A stretch of 64,000 nt of DNA from Mizuhopecten yessoensis (lineage: Eukaryota). This document shows, piece after piece, positions 1 to 11,800 of the stretch. Each line of letters starts with the position of its first letter. Positions within the stretch are counted from its first letter, which is position 1. Below the pieces are notes generated by a model. The model saw only the letters and a program-made list of their open reading frames with translations, did not search any database and had not been told where the DNA came from. The DNA lies in NCBI RefSeq assembly GCF_002113885.1, contig NW_018479894.1, forward strand, positions 35,707 to 99,706. The letters run 5' to 3'. Position numbers and translations under genes: made by a program.

Positions 1-245
1 TTATCATCAGCGTTAATGACAGGGGACAAAATAAATGTTGTACACATTATCATCAGCGTTAATGACAGGGGACAAAATAAATGTAGTACGTACATGCTAT
101 CATCAGCGTTAATGACAGGGGACAAAATAAATGTAGTACGTACATGCTATTATCAGCGTTAATGACATGGGACAAAAAAAATGTTGTACACATTATCATC
201 AGCGTTAATGACAGGGGACAAAATAAATGAAGTATGTACATGCTA
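1..245. repeat. Minisatellite, 46-50 bp unit (ATCATCAGCGTTAATGACAGGGGACAAAATAAATGT...), about 5 copies, runs off the window start
   Basis: Tandem copies read directly from the sequence. Confidence 0.9.
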
Positions 246-301
246 TCACACATAATGACACAAGGATTTATAATGACACATTAAATCACTATAGGCCTAT
301 A

Positions 302-433
302 TAGCCTAAGCTTCCTCTGGCCCTGACACCAGACTTAGACATTTTGACAGATAGATGTCTGAACCCACACCAGACATCTATCTGTCACAAAAATGTCTAA
401 GTCTGGTGTCAGGGCCAGAGGAAGCTCTGGCTA
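302..433. mobile_element. Foldback/hairpin MITE (132 bp) with 9-bp TSD
   Basis: Near-perfect palindrome: arms about 309-361 and 371-426, loop AACCCACAC. Termini TAGCC...GGCTA. Flanked by direct repeat AGGCCTATA at 293-301 and 434-442. Confidence 0.8.
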
Positions 434-779
434 AGGCCTATATAGCTAGACAATACTTTACTGTTATGATAAGTCATGTATTTTGGGATGATTATTTAAA
501 TGCATTTTCAAGAATTTTAGCAAAATTATCACATTTTCACATGAAAGATATTTGTTCACCATATAAAACACTACACATATCTTGTATTAAATATATCACA
601 AAAAAACTGACAGGTCAAGCATAATACATCACTATTATATAAAAATACAAAACAATTTTACATGTATCATATACTAAAAACTACTGATACCAAATTCAGA
701 CAGTAAAAGATATACTTAAATCCCTGTTAGTTATGATGCTAGTCCTGGAGGCATGGCCCACTTCACAACCCCTTTTTAA

Positions 780-862
780 CCCTTTCACCACTGTAGACCA
801 TACTTGACTCATTCAGATCAATGCATGGTAGAGTCTACTAAAGTTACATAGGGGTGAAAAGG
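780..862. mobile_element. Tiny TTAA-flanked piggyBac-type MITE
   Basis: TTAA-CCCTTTCACC ... GGTGAAAAGG-TTAA: imperfect TIRs and a TTAA target duplication. Confidence 0.6.
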
Positions 863-1261
863 TTAACAGTTAGATGTCTCATTGAATGAGAAATTAAGAA
901 ACACTATGTGATGCTTAAACATCAGATACATTGTACTCAACAGTCTCAGCTCAACTTTGACTATCACAAATTAAATGTTGATGCTATTTAACGGTTTGTA
1001 CATGAGAAACAAGAGGGTTCAGTATAAACTCTACAAAATCTTCCTTTATTTCAACCGATACTTGACAACCATTTCTGGGTTGGGGAGACAGTTTCACATG
1101 ATGCCTGGAAGTTTTTAAACTGTTTTTTAGACATCATATTTATTTATTAATCAATCAGGAATAAATATGACTGGTGTGTTTAACTTATGAATTAAAAATG
1201 TGACAGGTTTGGGTTTGTTGTTCTACAAGTGTGAAAGAGAACCTCACTAAGAGATGTAGAT

Positions 1262-2383
1262 ACCACTACTCAGCTTCACAGCTAACTCCACCAGACATCT
1301 GTCAAACACGTATAGCTACAACTACTCAGCTTCACAGCTAACTCCACCAAACATCTGTCAAACACGTATATCTACAACTACTCAGCTTCACAGCTAACTC
1401 CAACAGACATCTGTCAAACACGTATATCTACAACTACTCAGCTTCACAGCTAACTCCAACAGACATCTGTCAAACACGTATATCTACAACTACTCAGCTT
1501 CACAGCTAACTCCACCAGACATCTGTCAAACACGTATATCTACAACTACTCAGCTTCACAGCTAACTCCACCAGACATCTGTCAAACACGTATATCTACA
1601 ACTACTCAGCTTCACAGCTAACTCCACCAGACATCTGTCAAACACGTATATCTACAACTACTCAGCTTCACAGCTAACTCCACCAGACATCTGTCAAACA
1701 CGTATATCTACAACTACTCAGCTTCACAGCTAACTCCACCAGACATCTGTCAAACACGTATATCTACAACTACTCAGCTTCACAGCTAACTCCACCAGAC
1801 ATCTGTCAAACACGTATATCTACAACTACTCAGCTTCACAGCTAACTCCACCAGACATCTGTCAAACACGTATATCTACAACTACTCAGCTTCACAGCTA
1901 ACTCCACCAGACATCTGTCAAACACGTATATCTACAACTACTCAGCTTCACAGCTAACTCCACCAGACATCTGTCAAACACGTATATCTACAACTACTCA
2001 GCTTCACAGCTAACTCCACCAGACATCTGTCAAACACGTATATCTACAACTACTCAGCTTCACAGCTAACTCCACCATACATCTGTCAAACACGTATATA
2101 GCTACAACTACTCAGCTTCACAGCTAACTCCACCAGACATCTGTCAAACATGTATATCTACAACTACTCAGCTTCACAGCTAACTCCACCATACATCTGT
2201 CAAACATGTATATCTACAACTACTCAGCTTCACAGCTAACTCCACCAGACATCTGTCAAACATGTATATCTACAACTACTCAGCTTCACAGCTAACTCCA
2301 CCATACATCTGTCAAACATGTATATCTACAACTACTCAGCTTCACAGCTAACTCCACCAGACATCTGTCAAACACGTATATCT
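1262..2383. repeat. Minisatellite, 56 bp unit, about 20 near-identical copies, about 180 bp downstream of the MYORG-like stop codon (possibly in the 3' UTR)
   Basis: Unit CACAGCTAACTCCACCAGACATCTGTCAAACACGTATATCTACAACTACTCAGCTT. Confidence 0.95.
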
Positions 2384-2562
2384 GTTCAGTTATGGTGGTA
2401 GGGCCAGGTCTACAGGACACACACCTATCTTTCACAAAGTTTTCTAACTGAGATTTTTACTCAGCTTTAGTTATATAGTTCTATCACTGATAAATTAAGT
2501 ACAAATCTTAGCTGAAAAAACTTTGAAAAAACTTGACTAGCTACAAAATATTGACTGTAGAA

Positions 2563-2828
2563 TTATCCCAGTATATGGGTCCTTGTGAAGTAAGCCACTT
2601 CTGTGAGCTTCACTTTGTGGGCCCTTAGCCACTGTTTTCCCTGTTCATGCTGGTCATGAATTTGGTCGTGCCAGTCACCTTCAGGGAGGTAAATGTCTCG
2701 TTCTTTTGCACCTTTCTTCAATATGGGTGCCACCAAAATGGAATCTCCTACCAAAAACTCAGAGTCCACCAAAAGGGCATGTTCATCCTTTGGAGAGCTC
2801 CACCAGATTGGACGGATAATTGGGGCTC
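2563..2828 (-). CDS. MYORG: MYORG-like exon 3 (C-terminal beta domain)
   Basis: Acceptor TTTTCAG|GAGCCCCA; reads GAPIIRPIWW...AYFTRTHILG*. Confidence 0.92.
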
Positions 2829-5800
2829 CTGAAAAGTAAAAAAAGCAAAAATGATTATCAAGCCATGAAAACAATTTTTGCAATGAAAACACTTATAACA
2901 AACTAGTACAAACACCTAATCAAACTCAACAGAAATAAATGGCTATGTAAGCGAGCAATATTTGATTTAATAGCACTTGATAACTGCACAGTGTTTTGAA
3001 ACACAAATGACAAAATGATATGAAACTGAAGAACATGGACAGCTTATTATATATTTAACCTTCAGAATTGCTTACTGTTATTTGGGATAATTTTGTTGTC
3101 TGTATACATATATTGCAATATAAATTTAAATTGAACGATTACACAACTTACCTGTCATCTCTGCCTCGCGCATCCCCTGGAGGAGTAATGGCAGAATTTT
3201 CTCCTTTCGTAACTTTATCAGGTTGTTGAATATATCTACAACATCTTTGTCATAATCCCATGGTGTGAAGGCAAACTTCATAACAGGCATAAAGGCTGAA
3301 AGCTGCATCCAACGAATATAGAGTTCTGGTTCTGGTTTGGTCAAAGCCAACGTCCCGTTAACTCCATATGTGGTCCCTCCGATAATGTCAGGCACCACAA
3401 ACTGGTAACCAAGGATACCTAGGGTCAAAATGGAGGGTATGACACTTCGCAGTCCGTTTGTATGAGACCAATGAGACTCTTTTCGTGGTGACTTTGTGTA
3501 GACGGGATACTGCTGACTGCGGTACCCACAACTCACCTGTGTAAGACTGCCAGCATTGGGGCTCACCATGGAAATAAACTCGGTCGCAAAGGTTCCAGGG
3601 TTTGCGAGTGATCTAAACGTTTTATGAATTTTGGGTAAAAAATTAGTTTCACATCCATGGAAATTGAACGACTTGATGCCGTAATCTTTGACCATGTTGG
3701 CTAATTGTTCCTTGTACCAAGTGACTGTGGTCTGACGCGTTACATCTATCACACCCATCAGACCGCTGTACCATTTCATCAAGGAAGGACTATGTGCCTG
3801 AATGTCTGACACCAGTAAATCTGCTGCCTTAGTTTTAAATGCTTTTGATTCTACACTCACAAAGGGTGTCATAGAAACAATGACATCAAATTTATATTCT
3901 TTCAAATAACTTACCATTTGATGTGAGTTTCTGAAAGCAGATTCATCAAAATTAAAATCCCCAAATCTTGTAGAATATTTATCATCTATTTCTATAAAAT
4001 TAGCTTGAAGTTTGTAGGGACTAATCTTATCACTGACGTTTTTTGCATGTGCTAATAAGAGTGATTGAGTCAGATTTGGGTTGAATCTGCCCCAGGTAGA
4101 CCACACAACGCCCTGCATTAAACTTTTGTCTGGTAGACCTAATGGCATGTGAAAATATTTCTTCTGTAGCAGTTTGTGTATTTTACTAATGCTGTCCTCC
4201 TTACACACTGTGTACTCCAACACAGGGGTTTTACTGTCTGGGTTTGGGTACGGTGAGTTGGTATAATCGGCGCTAAAACACAGTAAGTTACTTTTACTTT
4301 CATTTATGCTCACAAACAGTGGTACCTCACTGTTGACTACAATACCAACACCATTGGAATTTATCCAAAATCTATCAACAATATTTCCAAACATATTTTT
4401 TCCACTATTTTTCTCAGTGTTTGATCGGAATAAGATGTCGTTTGATAGATAAGGCTGCATAGGAACATCTGTAGTTTCAAGGGGCCAGGTCTGGTGATAG
4501 AGTTCTGCACCACCGTACCAATGGGCACTCCTCAGAGAAAAGCAGTCGTGTGGAATAAAGTCACGACTGGTTGGAGTCCACTTCACATGATGACAGTTGT
4601 CCGTCTTTGAAATCTGAAATAAAGAAACAATCTGATATAAAGTTTATATATAAAAGATATGACTGTTGCTACTGGCTTAAATGTTGGAAGTTTGACTCAT
4701 CATATAACTGTACATATCTGCCTTTTTTCCCCCAAAGACACCAAGTTACCTAAATAGATACCAGCACCCTGGGAAGTAAATTAGGAAAGACCAGTGTCTT
4801 TAAAGCATCCATGTGGTTATACTCTTGAGTTCTTTAATGCTACTGATAGTCTAACACTAAGATAGTCAGATTTCATTTATTATAGGATTCAGCACAAATC
4901 CGAAAAGAAACATGACAGCTCATTGCTTATGAGAAACCCTTAACAATTCCCAAACGAAGATGGATCCAGTTTGCTTACAATGCATTTAGACCTTAAAATA
5001 CACACGATTGTATGCATGTTCAGCATAACACCGATCTGTATAGAGGAGCACTTTGAGGGAAAATTATCGGGTTAGACCAAGATTGTAACCCGGAAGCTCC
5101 AACTCTAGACAGGTGCTCTAATTACCATTGTGACTGAGCATTATACCTGGTCATCAATTCACAATAGACACATGCCCCAGTCTTATATCTATATATCCTG
5201 TTTGCTGACTTGTGATGTCAGTTATTAAAGTATGAACTATAGTATGGAGCACAGATTACTTGTTATGTATTATATGACAAACTGGTTTACTAGTAAGTAA
5301 CTCTATTTTATTGTACTAATGTAATAGAGGTTGTTAATTTCCTGATGTCTCTACTAGAAATCAAACCTAGTCTGACACTCTACTGATTGAGCTGATGAGA
5401 AATTCCACAAGCCAAATTGGTATGGTAGGATACAACTATAGTATTATATCAGGGTGATATATATATACTCCCTTTACAGGAAAAAAAGCATACTTCACTC
5501 GTTTCTATGCCCTTATGATTAACTCATTGCTGCAGACCTACCACAAGCTTGCTGACATCATTTCTGGTTTTTGAGTAGTGAACGTAAACACATATATATA
5601 TATAGCCTCATGTCTGAAAAGACGTCAGAGAAAATGAGAAATATACTCGCAAGTTCATGCTATTTTATTCAATACTTGTAGAGCTTTTCTGCAATTGTTT
5701 TTTTTTAGGTTACAAAAAAATAGAAATAACCTGGGAAATGGAGATATTTTATATAATAATTCCATGCCTCTACATAATCATTTGCTTACAGTATTGTGTG

Positions 5801-8800
5801 ACCGTCATGTGGTCTGGCTCGTACAGCTTTTCTACAGGCAAAACCAAATATAATCATATGTTTTTCATATAAGTTCCTTATTTATTATTTTTAGGTTAGT
5901 AAATACAGGTATATTCCTTCCTTTGCAAAACAGTCTAATGTCAGCAATTTGCTTTTTAATTTTGATGATTAGTTTATTTGGCAAATTTCATCTTAAAGGT
6001 ACAGAAACTAGAGCTAGAAGCTTAATATAACCCAGGTCCCTACATATCCACTATATCGTAAAACGTACTAGCCTTGTCTGTCAATACACCTATGATATGT
6101 ATATTATAGGTGTAACAGACAAGACTACATGTAGTACCTGTGATTGTAACAGGGATCATTATATGTTTACAGTAATCACAGTAATCTTCCATCATTGGAA
6201 ATCTTGATAGAGATTGTTGCGATGCCTCTTCTTTTTGCTTTAATCGTGTTAACTTTAACGCCTTCACTTCCGGTTGCGTGCATGCTTAATATGTAAAATT
6301 AATTTACAGTTTATGCACACGTAATGTTCACTGTTTAATAAAAGGAAGCACTGAATTTCCTGGGATGAGTATTCCAGTGCTTGTTCAGTCGATGCTTGAA
6401 CGAATTGATGTTTTCTGCGGAAACTACTTCCTTTGTAAGGTTGTTCCATGTGTTGACAACTCTGTTGCTGAAGACGTTTGTGCTGATGTTTAATCGGAAT
6501 GCTTTTTTGTAGAGCTTTTTAGAGTGCCCCCTTGTGGGGTTTACTTCTGGTCGTGCAAACCTGTCGGGCCTTAGACGATGTCAATCCCGTTCAGTATTTT
6601 GTATAGTTCTACCATATCTGCACGTTCCCTTCTGTATTCTAGTGTTGGTAGTCCCAATTTCCATAATCTGTTGGTGTATGACATGTCCTTAAGTTGCGGG
6701 ATTCTTTTCGTAGCTCTTCATTGTACGTTTTCATTGGCAATTTTGTCTTTCAACAGCATCGGGGACCAAACTGTGGAGCTATACTCTATATGCGGTCTTA
6801 CCAGTGTCTTGTAAAGGGCAACAAATGTATTGGTATCTTTAAGGGTTATAGTCCTGCAAATTATTCTGAGTATTCTGTTGGCTTTTGACACGGAAATGTT
6901 GGTGTGATCACTGCATGAATTTGAGAGTACTGTCAATCATAACTCCTAGGTCTTTTTCCGTTGTAACTTTGGTAATATTGGTTACTTCCCCTTTATCGGT
7001 TATCTCATAAGTTGATGTTTTCGCTTTGTTCCCTATCTCCATGTGTTTACATTTATCGATGTTGAGCTCCATTAACCAATTTTCTGTCCATTGACATTTC
7101 TTGTCTATGCTGTTTTGCAGTTGTGCTGTATCTTCCGGTTTTGATATTTTTTGGTATAACTTAGTGTCATCAGCAAACATCTTTATAATGCAGTTGACTA
7201 ATTCGGGCATGGCGTTTACGTATATTAGGAACAGCAGCGGACCCAGTACACTCCCCTGGGGTACCCCGCTGCGGACTGGTTGGGGGTTGAATTGCTCACC
7301 ATTAATTACTACCTTCTGTGTCAAGTTTGATAGATAGGCCCTTATCCAATTTAGCACACATCCCTTGACTCCATATAGTTCCAGCTTGTATAGTAGGAGA
7401 CGGTGTGAAACCACATCAAACGCTTTAGCGAAATCTAGGTATATGACGTCTGCATTGTGTCTGAAGTCTATGATTTCCGTCCAATCCTCTATTGATTCCA
7501 ACAGTTGTGTCGTGCAGGAACGTCCCACCCTGAAGCCGTGCTGGCTGTCTGTTATAAGATTGTTATGGTCTAGATGTTGTAGTATGCTATCTCGTACAAT
7601 TCGCTGCATGATTTTGCATGGTACAGATGTTAGGCTTATGGGTCAATAGTTACTTGGGGTTCTTTTTTGATCCTTGGTGATTTGAAGATTGGTGTCACAT
7701 GTGCTTTTTTCCAGCATTCCTTCTTCGAGAGATCTGTTAAAGATTACATCTAGTGGTTCTGCAATCTCGTCGATCGTGTTTACTAACATTCTAGGATGGA
7801 TATTGTCCGGTCCTGACGATTTATTTGGGTTTAGCCGCTTGATTGCCTTCTCAGGCGATATTACAATGTTGTCCAACGCTTCTTCGTATGTCCTTGGGGT
7901 TAGATTTGGTATGTTGGTGTTGCCGTCAGTGACAAATACACTAGCGAAGTAGTTGTTGAGGGTTTCTGCTGTTTCCTTATCATTTGTTGTTAGTGTTCCA
8001 TCAGTTTTTGTCACTTTGTTGATGGTTCTTTGTTTTGGAGTTAACATATTTTCAGAATGCCTTGGGGTTGGTTTTGTGGTGTTTGTTGACGTTCTGTAAG
8101 CGTGCGAATGACTGTGAGTGAAGCATGTGAGTGACCTTGATGGGAGCCTAGTTCGAATTGTTCTTGCATGTGTTTTGTTCCAAGATAAAAAGTACCCAAG
8201 CTGAGATAGCTGTCCAGTGTTCTATATTTGTGAAGCGTATGTGTGCCGACTGTACTGGTACGAATACAACAATGGCGTCACGAGCATTCCCGAGTCTGTT
8301 CGCGGAGGTCATGGATACGCTAGAATCCGAGGAGAATTTCTAGTGGGATTAATACAAGAGACGTAGAATCCCGGGTAGAGGGTGCGCGCCATCTTTGATT
8401 GTCTTTTGTGTGATACACGTGTTTTGTGTTTCACGTTGTCCCAATGTTTATGTTTTGTGTTTAGAGTTGTATCCTGGGTAGAGGGAGCAATTTATTCACA
8501 AATTCATTCGATAGTTGACCCGTGTAGAAGGCCAACTACTGTCTGATACCCTTGCGTGTTTTTAAATAATAAAACAAAAACCAAAAACGAAACAAACGGA
8601 AACGGAACGGTTATCTTAGGACAATAAAAAAATAAAATATTTAGACAACATTTTATTCGTGGTCACGTTGGTTAGGTGCTCTGGTGGCGCTGTACCAATG
8701 GTAACTGATGTTTGATTAATTTAGTTTCAAGTGTATTCAGTGAGGTAGGTGTTCTGTTGACGCCAGGCTGCTCTGAATATCTATATATATATTTATTAAT

Positions 8801-11800
8801 TTTTTTTTGCTCGCTGTGGTAGGTGTTCTGTTTGACGCTAACCCTCGAGTATTATTTATATTAAAACCACAGCTAGGGTGTCGGTTGTTTTTCTCTTACT
8901 GTTCTAATATGCAGTGTGGTGGGTGGTAATTACCGCTACCCCTGTTTAATAGAAATAAATTTTGTAAAAGGATTTGGGTATATTTTTTTTTTTTTTTTCT
9001 CTTGTTGTTTCTGTGTTAACAGATCTAGATGAACAAGCGGTATGCAGGGGTACTGATCGCAGATTCAAGAGCAAATAATTTTCAAAGATTTGGTCATCCA
9101 GAGGATTTCAACATCAAATTTATAATTCAGAGAGGCGCACAAATTCAGGACCTGGTGGCATTATCAATTCCAATCGTTCGGACATTTGAACCATCAAAAA
9201 CTTTAATAATAAAAGTTGCTGCTGGCATTAATGATTTGTTAAAATTGGAACGGGAGCCAGATGGGAAAATTCTAGTACCGTCAGACAGGTCACCGGACAA
9301 TATTATTGAAGAACTTTCAGAATTTAGAACACGTGTACAGGTAGTTAGACCATCAAGCCGAGTTAGTTTCATCACCATCCCTCCTGCTTCGTTAAAAGAC
9401 TTTCAACTTAATAAATCCTCCAAACCAATTAACCAAAATCTGGTAACAAAATTACAAGAACAACACAATAAAACTGTGTTGGAGGTAAATTCTAGAATTC
9501 ACCATTTAAATAACCAGACAGTGCCAACGGGTTGGACAGTTAAGTGGGCAGATACCATTGTTCACAAACACAAGAAAAGGAGAGGCCGTGCACGGAAAGT
9601 GATTACCGCTTACCGGTATTCCTTTGAACAGTATTACGATGGCTTACATGCCAAATCTGATGTAAAGAAAGAGTGGTACAAACAGGTGGTTTCTGGAATT
9701 CGAGGGGATATTACCAAATTGGAAAAACCAGGAAGTGAGATTCGAATTGTCACCACAGAATCTTCAGAAGAGGACACTCCGGTAGACACTGACGATAAAA
9801 GTTGGAAGAGACTTAAACGGTAATTGTAATACGGCAGCGGGTTGGTGATCTGTTGTCGCCTTATCCCCTGCACCGTAGAACTCTTAAACGATAAGTTGAG
9901 GTTGTGGGTTGGTGATCTGTTGTCGCCTTATCCCCTGCCACAATGACTCGTATAAATTACTGTGAGAGACAAGACCTACTACTATTGCCGGGTATTGGAG
10001 AGCGTCTGGCGGACAAAATTCTACAAGTCCGTGAAGTAATGGGGGACATTACTAAAGAGGTTCTGTTGGCCATTCCATACCTGAGGCCCACAGAGACCAT
10101 GTTAAACCAAATAGACTTTACACCGCGATATGAACGGTTTACTGACATGGGTGAGAACTTGACGGGTGAGCATCACACCTACAAAATGGACCCACCACCA
10201 AAGGTTCAACATCCTTCACCACCACGACTACAAGTTCAAAATCCAGGACCGTATTTTGACAATTATGGGTATCCTGGCAGCCGCCAGAGAGAACATCGAC
10301 AGCAGTACCAGTACACTAATTACCGAGACCCATACGAACAGGAATACCACGGTCAGCCCCGTCAACCACAGTTCAACTTTCCACCTCCAAGGTACAATCC
10401 GGGGAATCCGCCGCCAAGACGTGGACGGGTGGTAGCTCCCAAGACGTTACGCTATGATGGAAACTCCGATTGGAAAGCTTTTTGCACAAAGTTTACTAGA
10501 TTCACTGAGGCGGAGAATCTTACTGCTCGTGAATGTCGGGATAACCTTTGCTGGATACTGGAGGGCAAAGCTAGTGAGTTTTTCACTATGCTCTTGGATC
10601 GTGATTCAACGATGGAATTTTTCGATATCATGTCAAAAATGGAACGCCGTTTTGGATTCAAGGAGCTGGCCGAGACTACCCAAGCACGCCTTCGTAACGC
10701 CCGACAGTACCCTGACGAGAAGCTAGCAGATTGGGCTGATCGGGTGTTATCTTTAGCTACCAGAGCCTATCAGGATCTGCCCGATGAGTTTATGTATAAA
10801 CAAGCGATCTCCACAATTTGCCAGGGAGCAGCAGATAAAGAAGCAGGCCAATATGTTTCTAACCTAAGATTGGGATCTATTGAGGAAGTGGTGGACAAGA
10901 TGAGACTTTTTCAACATACAAGAAAGTCTATCTATGGTCGCGACCGTCCTAGACCTTCGCCTGTCGAAGAACTAATCATACAAGAGGAAGAAGGTACTAG
11001 TGTCAGCAGGACATTCCAGCGTAGAGTCCCAAATTCTCAGTCCTCATTCCAGCCATCTTCAGCAACAAACCAAAGGCTGTCAGCCCTAGAAGACAAGGTA
11101 TCGGACATGCAAAAATCCCTTAAACAAATTTTGGAGGCTGTTCGTGTCCCAGAGGAAAGGATCAAAAGGAATGTGGTTTGTTATGGTTGTGGCCAGACAG
11201 GCCATTTTAAGTCGAACTGTCCTAATGCTGAAGATAATAAATCTGTGAAACTCCTGGATGCGGCTGAAAAGACTGAAGGTGAAGAAGTAGTCCCTGGATC
11301 TGAAGAAGTTGAGGACTCGTTAAACACCGACAGGTCGGCCAACTAGACCTAAGCCCGACCTTAGATGTTAAAAATGGTCTTCATCCTACACGGTCAACAA
11401 TTACACCAGATGACCTTATCAGTGAGGTAATGACTGATAACACCACCGAATCAACCCGTGTTGAACTTGATAATATTACCCGATTACGGTCAACATCCAT
11501 GTTTCAAGTGCCTGTTATCGTGGGAGGTTTTCATACAAGAGCAGTGGTGGATACCGGTGCTGAAGTATCAATCATATCGGATGAGGTATACAAAAACCTT
11601 GTTGAGCCACCCTCGATATTGAAACATGTGACACTTAATGCAGCAGGCAGAGATCAACCAATTGAGAGCTATATTGTTGGACCCATCGAACTAGATATAG
11701 GATCTAAGAGTTACAAGGTTAGCATTTATGTTGGACCAATTGAAGATGATATCTTGCTGGGTCTGGACTTTCTGAAGCCCAATAATGCTCAACTTGACAT

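Noticed and set aside
6040-6275. Alternative first exon of the MYORG-like gene (CCGGAAGT motif, short ORF, CAG|GTACTA)
   Set aside because: Weak donor in phase 1, incompatible with the phase-0 exon 2; no homology support.
8272-8343. 23-codon uORF starting at the PBS (MASRAFPS...)
   Set aside because: The ATG arises from the spacer A plus the TGG of the PBS; nothing shows it is translated.
9029-9823. ORF0 as an env gene
   Set aside because: It lies 5' of gag and has no signal peptide or TM helix; SGNH motifs fit better.
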